A stretch of DNA of 45,227 bases from Candidatus Altiarchaeota archaeon (GTDB taxonomy: Archaea > Altiarchaeota > Altiarchaeia > IMC4 > SCGC-AAA252-I15): NCBI GenBank assembly GCA_043800705.1, contig JAZDMS010000036.1, positions 1 to 45,227 on the forward strand. Reading direction: 5' to 3'. Made by a program: the position numbers and the translations under genes. The notes beneath the pieces are model-generated. The model was not told where the DNA came from and searched no databases. It was given only the letters and a program-made list of their open reading frames with translations. Every line of letters begins with the position of its first letter. Positions within the stretch are counted from its first letter, which is position 1. Shown in pieces: positions 1 to 9,159 of this stretch.

Positions 1-274
1 CTGCCTGGATTAAGGCATTTTGCTCGGCGTGTACTGCTGTGCACCAATCGTGGCCTTCGCCGCTCTTTAAACCCATCTTGTCCTTTATGCAGCCTATGTC
101 GTCGCAGTGGCTTGCGCCCCTGACGTTCCCGTTGAAGCCGGTGGCGACTATCTCATGGTCCCTGTTGACGACGATTGCTCCGATCTGCCTCTTGAAGCAT
201 GTGCTCCTCCTCGCGACGTCTTCGACGATCTTGGCGAAATACTCGTCCCAGGAAGGCCTGATGAGCTTATCCAT
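1..274 (-). CDS. dCMP deaminase / ComEB-family cytidine deaminase (runs off window edge)
   Basis: Not in ORF track. Manual translation from ATG at 274: MDKLIRPSWDEYF...RRSTC..RQIGAIVV...ATGFNG...HC...C...VHAEQNALIQA, the RPSWDEYF and HAEQNA signatures of the family. Confidence 0.93.
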   Translation of the reverse strand, partial: MDKLIRPSWDEYFAKIVEDVARRSTCFKRQIGAIVVNRDHEIVATGFNGNVRGASHCDDIGCIKDKMGLKSGEGHDWCTAVHAEQNALIQA

Positions 275-562
275 TCATGAACACCTGGAAAACATATAGC
301 GCCGTCAGGTTAAAATATCCCCCTTCGGCGGGCCGGCAGGGGCTAGGAAAAATTTGGGGTTTTTTTTGGCAATCCAGCTTTCCCATACTATTTGGAGGTT
401 TTCCGAATACGCTCGGATAGCCCCGACCGAATCCCGCCAATAACGGATGCGAAGAGGGGGATAAAAAGCAAACGGTCCGTCCTATGCCTGTATTTTTCCA
501 CACTAGCGTCATCTATGTCACTGGTACTCGGCCATTTTAACCGCTGTTTCCAGAATATTTAC

Positions 563-3064
563 ATGGGAAACGGCATCAAGGAACCTGCTGATGGAGAACC
601 TAGGCGGATAATCACCTCCGGTACTCATCCAGCTGCCGCTCATGCTGCAAATTTTCCGGGGCTTCAGGCGACGAGGCCCGGAGTCAAAGCCTCGTTCTGG
701 GGGCCTGATATGCAGCGTTTCGACAGCCTAAACGACTTATTGGCCCTGGATGAGCAGGGGAATGAGGTTTATCGGGCAATAATGCTGTTCTTGCCCAATC
801 CATACCTGGATGAAGCTGTCATGATTGGGGCCTCGGGCCATCATATAGGCATAAGCAAATACCGGCCGATGCTGCAGAAACGGCTTCTGGAACAGGGATT
901 CACACAAGCCGACCTCGATGCAAGCAAGGACATACCCATCATCGGCGCCGGCGCAGTGGATCTTGTCGTCAGGCCGATCGGCGGCAGGTCGGCGATCTGC
1001 ATACGGAACACCGACATACCCCGCGAAAACTGGCCCGCTCTGGTCGTGCAGACCATGGCCCTCCTTCAGTCGTTGGGCATCCCGAAAGAACAGGTGAAGG
1101 TTCTTGATTTCTCCCCGGAAACTGTCAGGCACACGCTACTGACCGGAAGGATGAGCAGAATGTACGAGCTTCCCAGGACGCTCGTCGAACAGGAGGAGTT
1201 CATAGAGCGCGAATCCAAACAGACGCTCCGTCGCTGGAAAGTGGGCGACATCCTCCATCATGCGACCGTATACAACGGCCTCATGGGCGACCGCCAGATG
1301 CTAAGCGGCGATTTCTCCGTCTTCGTCGAGGCGGCAGTGAGGCTGAAGCCTCAGCGCAAGAATATGGTCTCTGCGCTAGAGCACATGGTGGATTTCGCCA
1401 CCGGGACCAACAAGATGGGCGTTAAAAGCATCGTCTTCTTTATGGCGGACCATGAAAAATTCCAAGCCAATGACCTCAAGGCCGCTGCCGAACACCTAAG
1501 GAAAAAGGATCCAGAACAAACCCTCGACGAAGAGGATGCTGCCTCCCTTCGCGGCCTTGCGCATAAATTCATGGAGGCTGTCCCGAAGGCTTTCAGGGAG
1601 TATGACTCGGAAAACGAGAAATGCAGGGAAAAACTCCTCAAGAAACTGCTGGGCGGATTCTCCCTCGGGATACGGATACCCGGCCTGCAGGTCGAATACC
1701 TCGGCAGAGGCCAATGGCTGCCAGCTCCGGTCATCGGCCTGGACGGATTACAATTCCCTAAAGGCGTGGACCGGACCGTGCGCGCCATCTCAAACAGCCT
1801 GAGGGAAAAATATCCTAACGCAGAATACTTAGCCCCTTATCAGAGCATCGGTTCAGGCTCGTTCAGGGAGGCGACATCCGAGGGCAGGGAGGTCTATCTC
1901 TGCGTAATCGGCGAAAAGGAATCTTCGTCGCCTTTCATCGTTCACATGCGGCGCATCGCCCAAATGGACGAGGCGAAGATGCTCAATCTCATGGACACCG
2001 TCACGGCCATCAGGCTGTTCGGTATCAAGATGCCGGAATACTTCTACCTGACCGTGCCTAAAGGGGAGGGAGGAACCGATAAATTCTTCGTCTCACGAAG
2101 GTACCTCCACGACGCGAGGCCGGCGGAGAAGTACGTCCTCGAGGAATTCAAGAAACCGACCGAGGTCATGCGGCGGGAGGAGCTTCTCGGAGAGTACGGG
2201 GGAAGCAATGCGGCCATAGGCAGGGTGACGTATTTCGTCGACGGCGGCGAGACTTTCAAGACATACGAGGCGGGGGGCGCCAAGGAAGTAGTCCTTACAG
2301 AGCTTGACGGCGCATTCCAGGACCTTAAAACGCCCATTATAGACACCCTGGACCTCTATGTGCGCCACATAGCGTCATCCATGCTGAAAGCCCACGTCAT
2401 GGGCGCTGATGAAGCACAGGTGAATGGCATCCTGGGCGTCTTTGCAAGGAGCTTCTCGGAGAGGCTGACCGATATCCGGCTCAACTACCAGGCTGACGAG
2501 GAACACTACGATAAGAACGTGCCCGTCGGCGGCGACGTCAGCGTGAAGATCAAGGCGGCGATGGAACGGGTCGCAGATACGATGAAGACCAATCCTGATC
2601 AGATACAGGACAGGATGATAAAAGACTCCCTGGACGTATACGGGCGGCTGTGCGCCCTGTTGGACGACCTCCCGCAAGGCCCGGACAAGAATGAGGCGGC
2701 TATGGCCTTGGATCAACTGCTTTTGACGCAGCCCCAACAACTGCGCCACTCCCTAGATGTGCTGGAATCCGACGCAACATTCAAGGCCCTTCCTGCGCAG
2801 GAGCGGGAGGACCGGATCGACATACTCCGCCTGGAATATGGGGCAAAAAAGAGCAGCATCACCCTTCAGCAGCTTCACGGCTACATCGGCCAACTAAAGG
2901 GCAGGCACGGCCCGAGGACATACGCACAGTTCGAGGACGAGGTCCACGACGCCTTCCCGGGACTGAACCTTCGTGGAAAGGACGCGCGCCTGATAGACAA
3001 GGTCTTCGGAGACGGGTCGCAGCTCTCCGATCTGCAAGGCAAAGGGTATGTATCTTCTGCGTGA
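563..3064 (+). CDS. Large hypothetical protein (~833 aa), possible kinase-like fold in C-terminal half
   Basis: Long ORF 392..3064. ATG 563 preferred because TTTTAA lies about 25 nt upstream. Function not assignable. Confidence 0.8.
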   Translation: MGNGIKEPADGEPRRIITSGTHPAAAHAANFPGLQATRPGVKASFWGPDMQRFDSLNDLLALDEQGNEVYRAIMLFLPNPYLDEAVMIGASGHHIGISKYRPMLQKRLLEQGFTQADLDASKDIPIIGAGAVDLVVRPIGGRSAICIRNTDIPRENWPALVVQTMALLQSLGIPKEQVKVLDFSPETVRHTLLTGRMSRMYELPRTLVEQEEFIERESKQTLRRWKVGDILHHATVYNGLMGDRQMLSGDFSVFVEAAVRLKPQRKNMVSALEHMVDFATGTNKMGVKSIVFFMADHEKFQANDLKAAAEHLRKKDPEQTLDEEDAASLRGLAHKFMEAVPKAFREYDSENEKCREKLLKKLLGGFSLGIRIPGLQVEYLGRGQWLPAPVIGLDGLQFPKGVDRTVRAISNSLREKYPNAEYLAPYQSIGSGSFREATSEGREVYLCVIGEKESSSPFIVHMRRIAQMDEAKMLNLMDTVTAIRLFGIKMPEYFYLTVPKGEGGTDKFFVSRRYLHDARPAEKYVLEEFKKPTEVMRREELLGEYGGSNAAIGRVTYFVDGGETFKTYEAGGAKEVVLTELDGAFQDLKTPIIDTLDLYVRHIASSMLKAHVMGADEAQVNGILGVFARSFSERLTDIRLNYQADEEHYDKNVPVGGDVSVKIKAAMERVADTMKTNPDQIQDRMIKDSLDVYGRLCALLDDLPQGPDKNEAAMALDQLLLTQPQQLRHSLDVLESDATFKALPAQEREDRIDILRLEYGAKKSSITLQQLHGYIGQLKGRHGPRTYAQFEDEVHDAFPGLNLRGKDARLIDKVFGDGSQLSDLQGKGYVSSA

Positions 3065-3111
3065 AAAACAGTCGCCCTGCTCAGGGGGGGATATCTCACG
3101 GCTGAACAGGT

Positions 3112-4194
3112 TCAGATGAGCTTTTTCTTGTAGGCCAGCTCCGCGTTGAGGATCCCGCCTCCGGCGGCTCCGCGCACTGTGTTGTGCGAGAGGCCCACGA
3201 ACCTCATGTCGAAGACGTTGCATGGACGGACCCTTCCCACGGTTACAGCCATCGCCTTGTCCGCGTCCCTGTCCTTCCTCGGCTGCGGCCTGTTCTGCTC
3301 CGTCACGTAGATTATGGGCTGCTTGGGCGCGGACGGCAGGTCCAGCTCCTGGGGGAGCGCGCGGAAACCCTTCCATATCCCGATGGCCTCCTCGACTCCA
3401 GGTTTCTTCTGCCCGAACTCGATGCTGACGCAGGCTGTGTGGCCGTCGACGACCGGAACCCTGTTGCAGTGGGCGGAGACCTTCATCGAGGTGTCGTTCA
3501 CGATCTTATCCCCCTCGATTTTGCCGAATATCTTGAGCGGTTCCTTCTCGGATTTCTCCTCCTCTCCGCCGATGTATGGGATTATGTTGTCGACTATGTC
3601 AAGCGATGCGACGCCTGGGTATCCCGCCCCTGACACGGCCTGCAGGGTGGACAGGATCATCCTCTTCACCTCGAAGCCTGCCTCCATGATGGCGTGCACC
3701 GGTGTGATGTAGCTCTGCAGGCTGCAGTTGGGCTTCACTACGATGAATCCCCTCTTCCAGCCGTAGTGCTTCCTTTGAGCAGGCAATATGTCCAGGTGCC
3801 CCGGATTGACCTCTGGGATTAGCATCGGGACGTCTTCGGTCCAGCGGTGGGCGGACGAGTTGGAGAAGACAGGGATGCCGTGGGTTGCGTAATCCATCTC
3901 AAGGGCCTGGACCGCCTTCTTGTCCATCTCCACAGCGGAGAAGACGAAGTCGCAGACGCCCTCGGCCTTGTCGACCTTGCTCGCGTCCTCTACCATGAGG
4001 TCCCCTACGGATTTCGGGATGGGCGTCGCCATCTGCCATCTTCCGCCGACTGACTCTGCGTACCTCTTTCCCGCGCTCCTCTCGGATGCCGCCACGAAGG
4101 CGACCTCGAACCACGGGTGAGCCTCCAACAACCTGATGTAGTTCTGGCCGACCATTCCGGTGGCTCCCAATACGCCGACTCTGAGCCTTTTCAT
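3112..4194 (-). CDS. asd: Aspartate-semialdehyde dehydrogenase
   Basis: GVLGATGMVGQ Rossmann motif, catalytic PNCS, QAVSGAGYPG, CNRVPVVDGH, HNTVRGAAGG. Confidence 0.97.
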   Translation of the reverse strand: MKRLRVGVLGATGMVGQNYIRLLEAHPWFEVAFVAASERSAGKRYAESVGGRWQMATPIPKSVGDLMVEDASKVDKAEGVCDFVFSAVEMDKKAVQALEMDYATHGIPVFSNSSAHRWTEDVPMLIPEVNPGHLDILPAQRKHYGWKRGFIVVKPNCSLQSYITPVHAIMEAGFEVKRMILSTLQAVSGAGYPGVASLDIVDNIIPYIGGEEEKSEKEPLKIFGKIEGDKIVNDTSMKVSAHCNRVPVVDGHTACVSIEFGQKKPGVEEAIGIWKGFRALPQELDLPSAPKQPIIYVTEQNRPQPRKDRDADKAMAVTVGRVRPCNVFDMRFVGLSHNTVRGAAGGGILNAELAYKKKLI

Positions 4195-4239
4195 TGCCTC
4201 AATATTAAGAAATCGTCCAATAAATATCGTGTTTCCGGG

Positions 4240-4854
4240 TCATAGCCTTCTTTTGACCATGCCGATTCCCTGCCTTAAGAATAGCTGCAGCCTGGATTTG
4301 CTCCTTATCCCCGTCTTTCCGGCCAATATGGCGCCCAATACGTCCCCCTCGTATTCCAGGGCCACGGAGCCGATCTCATCGGTCGTGTGCGCATCGCTTC
4401 CGCCCACCATCCGGAGGCCTGCATTTTTACAGACCTTCACAGGATCCTTCCAGTTGGCGAAGGTGTGCCCGTTCAGCACTTCTACGGCGTCGAACGGTAG
4501 CCTGAGGACGAGGTCGCCGACTCCGGCCCTCCTTCGGTCGTACGGGTGTGCGGCGATCGCCAGGCCTCCGAGGGCGTGGATCCTCCCGACGGTCTCCTTC
4601 GCCGGCAGGTCCCTTGGCACGAGTTCCCTGACGTTCAATCCCAAGATGTGGCCTTCCTTTGCGGTGACCTCAAATCCGGGGATCACGGCAAAATCGTCGG
4701 TCGCATAACTTATCGCCTCTAGGGAGCCTTCGATCGCATCATGGTCTGTGATCGCGATGCCTGACAGGCCTATCCTCCTGCCGTACTCGACAATCTGTTT
4801 CGGGCTGCCGTTGCCGTCGGAGTATCTGCTGTGGCAGTGCAGTTCGAAGAGCAT
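4240..4854 (-). CDS. PHP-domain metal-dependent phosphoesterase
   Basis: LHCHSRYSDG, AITDHD, AHP, GGSDAH motifs. Confidence 0.92.
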   Translation of the reverse strand: MLFELHCHSRYSDGNGSPKQIVEYGRRIGLSGIAITDHDAIEGSLEAISYATDDFAVIPGFEVTAKEGHILGLNVRELVPRDLPAKETVGRIHALGGLAIAAHPYDRRRAGVGDLVLRLPFDAVEVLNGHTFANWKDPVKVCKNAGLRMVGGSDAHTTDEIGSVALEYEGDVLGAILAGKTGIRSKSRLQLFLRQGIGMVKRRL

Positions 4855-4875
4855 ATGGAAATATCTGCAAAGAAG

Positions 4876-4962
4876 TTAATTAGCGTCATTATATGGCATG
4901 TAGCGGGCCTCCAGGATGTCGACCAGCGTCCCGTCCAAATCGAAAATTACCAACCTTGCCAT
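4876..4962 (-). pseudogene. Truncated HAD-superfamily hydrolase (N-terminal 28 aa only)
   Basis: Manual translation MARLVIFDLDGTLVDILEARYMPYNDAN*: intact HAD motif I (FDLDGTLVD), then a stop and no remainder. Confidence 0.75.
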
Positions 4963-4975
4963 TCCCAAGACCGTG

Positions 4976-5047
4976 AATATATACCTGCGGCCATAATATG
5001 TACCTGCGGCCATAATATATATCTGCGGCCATAATATGTACCATGCG
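4976..5047. repeat. 19-bp tandem repeat, ~3.7 copies (AATATRTAYCTGCGGCCAT)
   Basis: Units start at 4976, 4995, 5014 and 5033 (partial). The last unit contains the ATG of the 5043 ORF. Confidence 0.93.
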
Positions 5048-5489
5048 TTTGCCGAAATACCTGCGGTTTGAACCCATTCATCTGATCGCTGTCATCTGCA
5101 TATGTCTCGTACTGCTAGCCCTGCGATCGGCATACCCCCCACCTGACCTGAATGACATCGAGGCCACAGGGATACGCCCCGGGCAAGAGGGGGCTGCTAT
5201 GTCGCCGGACGGACTTTTCTCAGCCGTCTTCTATAACGGCGTCGGGGCTCCGATCAGCGTCGTCGGCGTAGGAGCAGCCGATGCGGTGGACAAGTCAATG
5301 GGCTGCTGGTCTAACAAGACTGTCGACGTGCCGGCGGGCGCTAGCTTCGAGGTGACAATAGGCGGCTGTGGAATCCGGCCTGCGGGTTCGGAATACACGG
5401 TCCATGTCAAGATTGACTACGCCTTCGAGGAGAACGGTTCCATAAAACGCAGATCACAAATGGGCGAACTAGGTGGCATTGTCGACTGA
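5043..5489 (+). CDS. Membrane-anchored protein with a pilin-like beta-sandwich domain
   Basis: One N-terminal TM helix, then FYNGVGAPISV...C...C...Y.V.V.I.Y...G.L.G.VD, resembling the globular domain of archaeal pilin-like proteins (recalled, unverified). Confidence 0.6.
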   Translation: MRLPKYLRFEPIHLIAVICICLVLLALRSAYPPPDLNDIEATGIRPGQEGAAMSPDGLFSAVFYNGVGAPISVVGVGAADAVDKSMGCWSNKTVDVPAGASFEVTIGGCGIRPAGSEYTVHVKIDYAFEENGSIKRRSQMGELGGIVD

Positions 5490-6278
5490 GCTCAGGATCC
5501 TCGTCCCGATCCCTTCCTCTCCGAGGAGCGCTCTCTTCACGTATCCGGGCTCGTTGCCGGAGATTATCTCGGACCTGACTCCGTGCCTTGAGAGCGCCAT
5601 AAGTTCCCTGACCTTTCTGCCGATGCCGCCGGTCACATCCGTGCCCTTCGTCTTCCTTGGCTCCAGCATGGCGACGGTGCGCTCGTCCAATACGCCGATC
5701 TTCAGCGCCCCCTTCTCGTCTGGGTCCCTGTCGTATACGCCATTGTGGGAAGTTGCGATTACGACCCTGTCCGCCCCCAGCTTCTCCGCCAGGTACGGCA
5801 CCAGATGGTCGCCGCTGAGGATGTTCAGTCCGGTCTTCAGCTCAGGCAGGACGTCCCCATACATCACCGGGACGATGCCGAGGGCGAGCATTCTCTCAAC
5901 AGATTCGAGTGGGAAGGAGACCAGCCGCCTGTCCTCCATGACGCCCCCAGCGGACGGCTGGAATGCCATCGCATCCAGCCCTGCGTCAACGAGGGCGCCG
6001 ACGACCTCGGCGTTAAGCTCCTCCATCCTCTGATGCGTCACAACCATGCCCCTTACCTGTTTGCGGCCCTTATTGCCTCCTGTAAGGGCATATTCCTTGG
6101 CTGGTACGTGGCCGTAGGGGCCCGCGCCGTGGACTATGATGAGGCTCATCTTCCTTGTCTTCATCGATTCGGATATCTCCTTGGCTAGTCTGATGAGCGT
6201 TTTCCTGTTTACTTCCGGCTTGTCCTCTTCCTTCCTGGTTATCAGCGAGCCGCCGAGTTTCAGTATGGTGGGTCTCAT
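5469..6278 (-). CDS. Isopentenyl phosphate kinase (amino-acid kinase family)
   Basis: LKLGGSLIT, VHGAGPYGH (IPK catalytic His), ILSGD, DVTGG. ATG at 6278 overlaps the proB stop (ATGA). Confidence 0.9.
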   Translation of the reverse strand: MRPTILKLGGSLITRKEEDKPEVNRKTLIRLAKEISESMKTRKMSLIIVHGAGPYGHVPAKEYALTGGNKGRKQVRGMVVTHQRMEELNAEVVGALVDAGLDAMAFQPSAGGVMEDRRLVSFPLESVERMLALGIVPVMYGDVLPELKTGLNILSGDHLVPYLAEKLGADRVVIATSHNGVYDRDPDEKGALKIGVLDERTVAMLEPRKTKGTDVTGGIGRKVRELMALSRHGVRSEIISGNEPGYVKRALLGEEGIGTRILSSVDNAT

Positions 6279-7393
6279 CTTTCCAGAAGCAGCATGTTGT
6301 CGTGGCAGATTACCTCCCTGCACGGCCTTCCAAGCGTGGCGGAGGCTTCAGCCGACTTCAATCCCTTGATACTGTCGATTTCGTCCGACTGGAGATTCGA
6401 AATCCCCCTTGCCAGTTCGGCGCCGGACCTGTCGGTGACGGTGACGAGGTCGCCTTTCTTGAACAGCCCCTTGACTTGGGTGATCCCGGAAGGCAGCAGG
6501 CTGGCTGTCCCTTTCGCGATGATTCTCGCAGCGCCGTCGTCGACTGTTATGCTGCCTTTGCTGACTGGACTGAAGAGCATCCATCTCCTGCGGTTTCCCA
6601 CCTTCTCATCGGGCACGAATACGGTCCCGACGGATTCGCCCCTAAGAAGCCTCGAGAATACGCCGTCCATCGATGCGTCCACTATCGCCATGGGGATCCC
6701 GCATTCCATCATCAGCTTTCCGGCCTTGACCTTGGCTGAAATGCCTCCGACGCCCCCCAGCCTCGATCTGCCCTGAAGCGACGATATCTCGCTCGTTATC
6801 CTGTCGACTACGTGTATTTTCACGGCGTCGGAACTCCTTTCCGGGTCCTTGGTGTATAGGCCGTCCATGCTCGAAAGGAGGACGAGCAGGTCTGCTCCGG
6901 TGTTGGCTGCGACGACGGCGCTGAGCGTGTCGTTGTCCCCGAACCTGATTTCGTCGACGGCGACGGAGTCGTTCTCGTTTATTATGGGGACCACCCTGGC
7001 TTTGATGAGCGCGTTTATGGTGTTCCTGATCATCAGGCACCTGTTCCTGGAGTTGAAGTCGTCCCTTGTCAGGAGGATCTGCGCCACATCCACTCCCTCC
7101 CTGGAGAAGGCCTTCCCGTATGCCTTCATTAGCTCGTTCTGCCCGACCGCGGCCGTGGCCTGGAGCATGTCCATCAACCTCGGCCTGACCCCCAGGCGAA
7201 GCTTCCTTATCCCAGCGGCTATGGCGCCTGAGGAGACGATTATGACCTCTTTGCCGGTTTTTCTGAGCTCGTTTACTTCCTTCGCTATCTTGCCGACCTT
7301 GGCGTCGCTGAGGTTGAGGTCTTCGGTGATGCTCGCAGTGCCGACTTTTACGACGATCCTCCTCGACCTTTGAAGCAGCTTCCTGCGTTCCAT
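6275..7393 (-). CDS. proB: Glutamate 5-kinase with C-terminal PUA domain
   Basis: VVKVGT, VSSGAIAAG, AAVGQ, INENDSV, FGDNDTLSA, and PUA domain (VDDGA...SLLPSGI). Confidence 0.96.
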   Translation of the reverse strand: MERRKLLQRSRRIVVKVGTASITEDLNLSDAKVGKIAKEVNELRKTGKEVIIVSSGAIAAGIRKLRLGVRPRLMDMLQATAAVGQNELMKAYGKAFSREGVDVAQILLTRDDFNSRNRCLMIRNTINALIKARVVPIINENDSVAVDEIRFGDNDTLSAVVAANTGADLLVLLSSMDGLYTKDPERSSDAVKIHVVDRITSEISSLQGRSRLGGVGGISAKVKAGKLMMECGIPMAIVDASMDGVFSRLLRGESVGTVFVPDEKVGNRRRWMLFSPVSKGSITVDDGAARIIAKGTASLLPSGITQVKGLFKKGDLVTVTDRSGAELARGISNLQSDEIDSIKGLKSAEASATLGRPCREVICHDNMLLLER

Positions 7394-7518
7394 GGACTTT
7401 ATGATATGGTTCGGCGGCGTTAAAAATCCGGTATGCCCCTATCCGCCGATCCGGCATATTCGCCAAATTACCGGCTCGCGGCCCGCCATTTTTTTAACCA
7501 TTGGAACCAATACTAACC

Positions 7519-8517
7519 ATGATTTTTTTGTTTTACATCGCCGTTTTTATCCTATCCGTCCTGCTGATCATGGTGGGCTCGGATTGGATCACCGACTCAT
7601 CCGTCGACGTTGCTAAAAAAATCGGGACATCCAACCTCGCAGTGGGGTTGATACTGATATCATTCCTCCTGAGCGTTCCCGAGATAGTGATCGTGCTGTC
7701 GTCCGTGCTGCACGGCCACCCCGCCCTCGGATTGGGGGCGACACTCGGTTCCGTTATCGTGAACATAGGCCTCGTCATCGGCCTGTCGGCACTCATCAAG
7801 CCCCTGCACGTCCCCAGGATCATGGTCACCCGCGACATGATCTACATGACCGTCGTCTCTATCGTGGTCGCGGCACTGGCGCTTGAGGACATGGTGCTGA
7901 GCCGTGCGGACGGCATGGTCCTGCTCCTGCTGTTCGTGCCGTACGTTATCAACGTGATCGAGCAGGAAAGGAGCCTCCACAGCGCCGACCGTCAAATCAA
8001 GACGGAGAAGATAATCGAGACGCTTAAGATGCACGGCGACATGAAGCCCCATCCGCACGTCCAATCCGGCTGGAAATACCTGCTCCTGGGCTCAGCGGCA
8101 CTGATCCTAGGGTCGGAGATGTTCATCCAGATGCTGCTCGTCGCAGCCTCCGAGCTGCATCTGCCAGACCTGCTGATAGGGGTGACAATCGGGGCTCTGG
8201 GTCCGAGCATCCCTAACCTTGCGGCCGCACTGGGCGCTGCTCGCAAGGGGGCTGAGGAGTTGGTGATCTCCGAGACGCTTGGCTCGAACATTTTCACCCT
8301 TCTTGTCACATTGGGGCTGTTGTGCGTCTTCGCGCCTCAGCCGATAGATCCGGTGACCGCTTGGGTCACGACCCCCGCCCTTCTGCTTGTCACCTTAATC
8401 CTCCTCATGCCCATGGTAAGGGGGTATATCCACCGGCGGGACGGCCTGTTGCTTGTGCTGATATACATCTCCTCACTGATGGCAGAATTCATATTCAGGG
8501 CTGTAAACGGCAGATGA
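7519..8517 (+). CDS. Calcium/cation (CaCA, YrbG-like) antiporter
   Basis: About 10 TM helices in two halves with alpha repeats SVPE...GSVIVN and PSIPN...GSNIFT. Confidence 0.88.
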   Translation: MIFLFYIAVFILSVLLIMVGSDWITDSSVDVAKKIGTSNLAVGLILISFLLSVPEIVIVLSSVLHGHPALGLGATLGSVIVNIGLVIGLSALIKPLHVPRIMVTRDMIYMTVVSIVVAALALEDMVLSRADGMVLLLLFVPYVINVIEQERSLHSADRQIKTEKIIETLKMHGDMKPHPHVQSGWKYLLLGSAALILGSEMFIQMLLVAASELHLPDLLIGVTIGALGPSIPNLAAALGAARKGAEELVISETLGSNIFTLLVTLGLLCVFAPQPIDPVTAWVTTPALLLVTLILLMPMVRGYIHRRDGLLLVLIYISSLMAEFIFRAVNGR

Positions 8518-8589
8518 GACAACCTGCATGCGTCTTCGCCCCACGCCGGAGCACGCAACCCCTATTAATAAGTCCGTGGAATAATTAAC

Positions 8590-9159
8590 GTGGCCACATT
8601 GATAGAACTCGCTCCCGCGGTCTTCCTTCTGACAATCATCTTCTTCATCCCCCTTCTAGCCGTCTACTTTGCCGGCAGGTCGTGGCTTTTCACCCGGCAT
8701 ATGAAGTCTTTGGCGTACGAGCTGGTCTTGAACTATTCGCGGCCGCTTGCCCTGTCGCCTCCGACCGTCAACGGTTTCTACAAGGGCAGGGACGTGGTCG
8801 TCGACTACGCAGACGGATGCACCCGTTTCCGCGCATTCCATTCAGGGGAGGTGCCTGCGGAGTTCACGGTGGCTTCGGCGGAATATTTCACGGCGAGGAA
8901 CATTCCCGGGTCGATGAGGTTCGACACATCAAACGCGCAATTCGCGAACCTCTACAGGGTGACGATGGGAAGCGATCCGAGGGTGCGCAAATACCTCGAC
9001 GAGAATCTCCAGTCACAGGCCTTGCAGTCCGGGATATCCTTCAAGGTCGGCCCCTTCGACGTCTCCTGCCAGGAAAAGGGCCGCATCTGGGACAAGGGCA
9101 GGATCATCGAGGTCCTGGATTTCCTCATGCTCGCGGCCGGAAGGGCCGACCATTACTGA
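8590..9159 (+). CDS. Hypothetical protein with N-terminal TM helix
   Basis: ORF fits between genes, GTG start, hydrophobic residues ~5-28. Confidence 0.7.
   Translation: MATLIELAPAVFLLTIIFFIPLLAVYFAGRSWLFTRHMKSLAYELVLNYSRPLALSPPTVNGFYKGRDVVVDYADGCTRFRAFHSGEVPAEFTVASAEYFTARNIPGSMRFDTSNAQFANLYRVTMGSDPRVRKYLDENLQSQALQSGISFKVGPFDVSCQEKGRIWDKGRIIEVLDFLMLAAGRADHY

Noticed and set aside
4976-5047. Possible mini-CRISPR array
   Set aside because: Units are directly adjacent with no unique spacers, and there are no cas genes.
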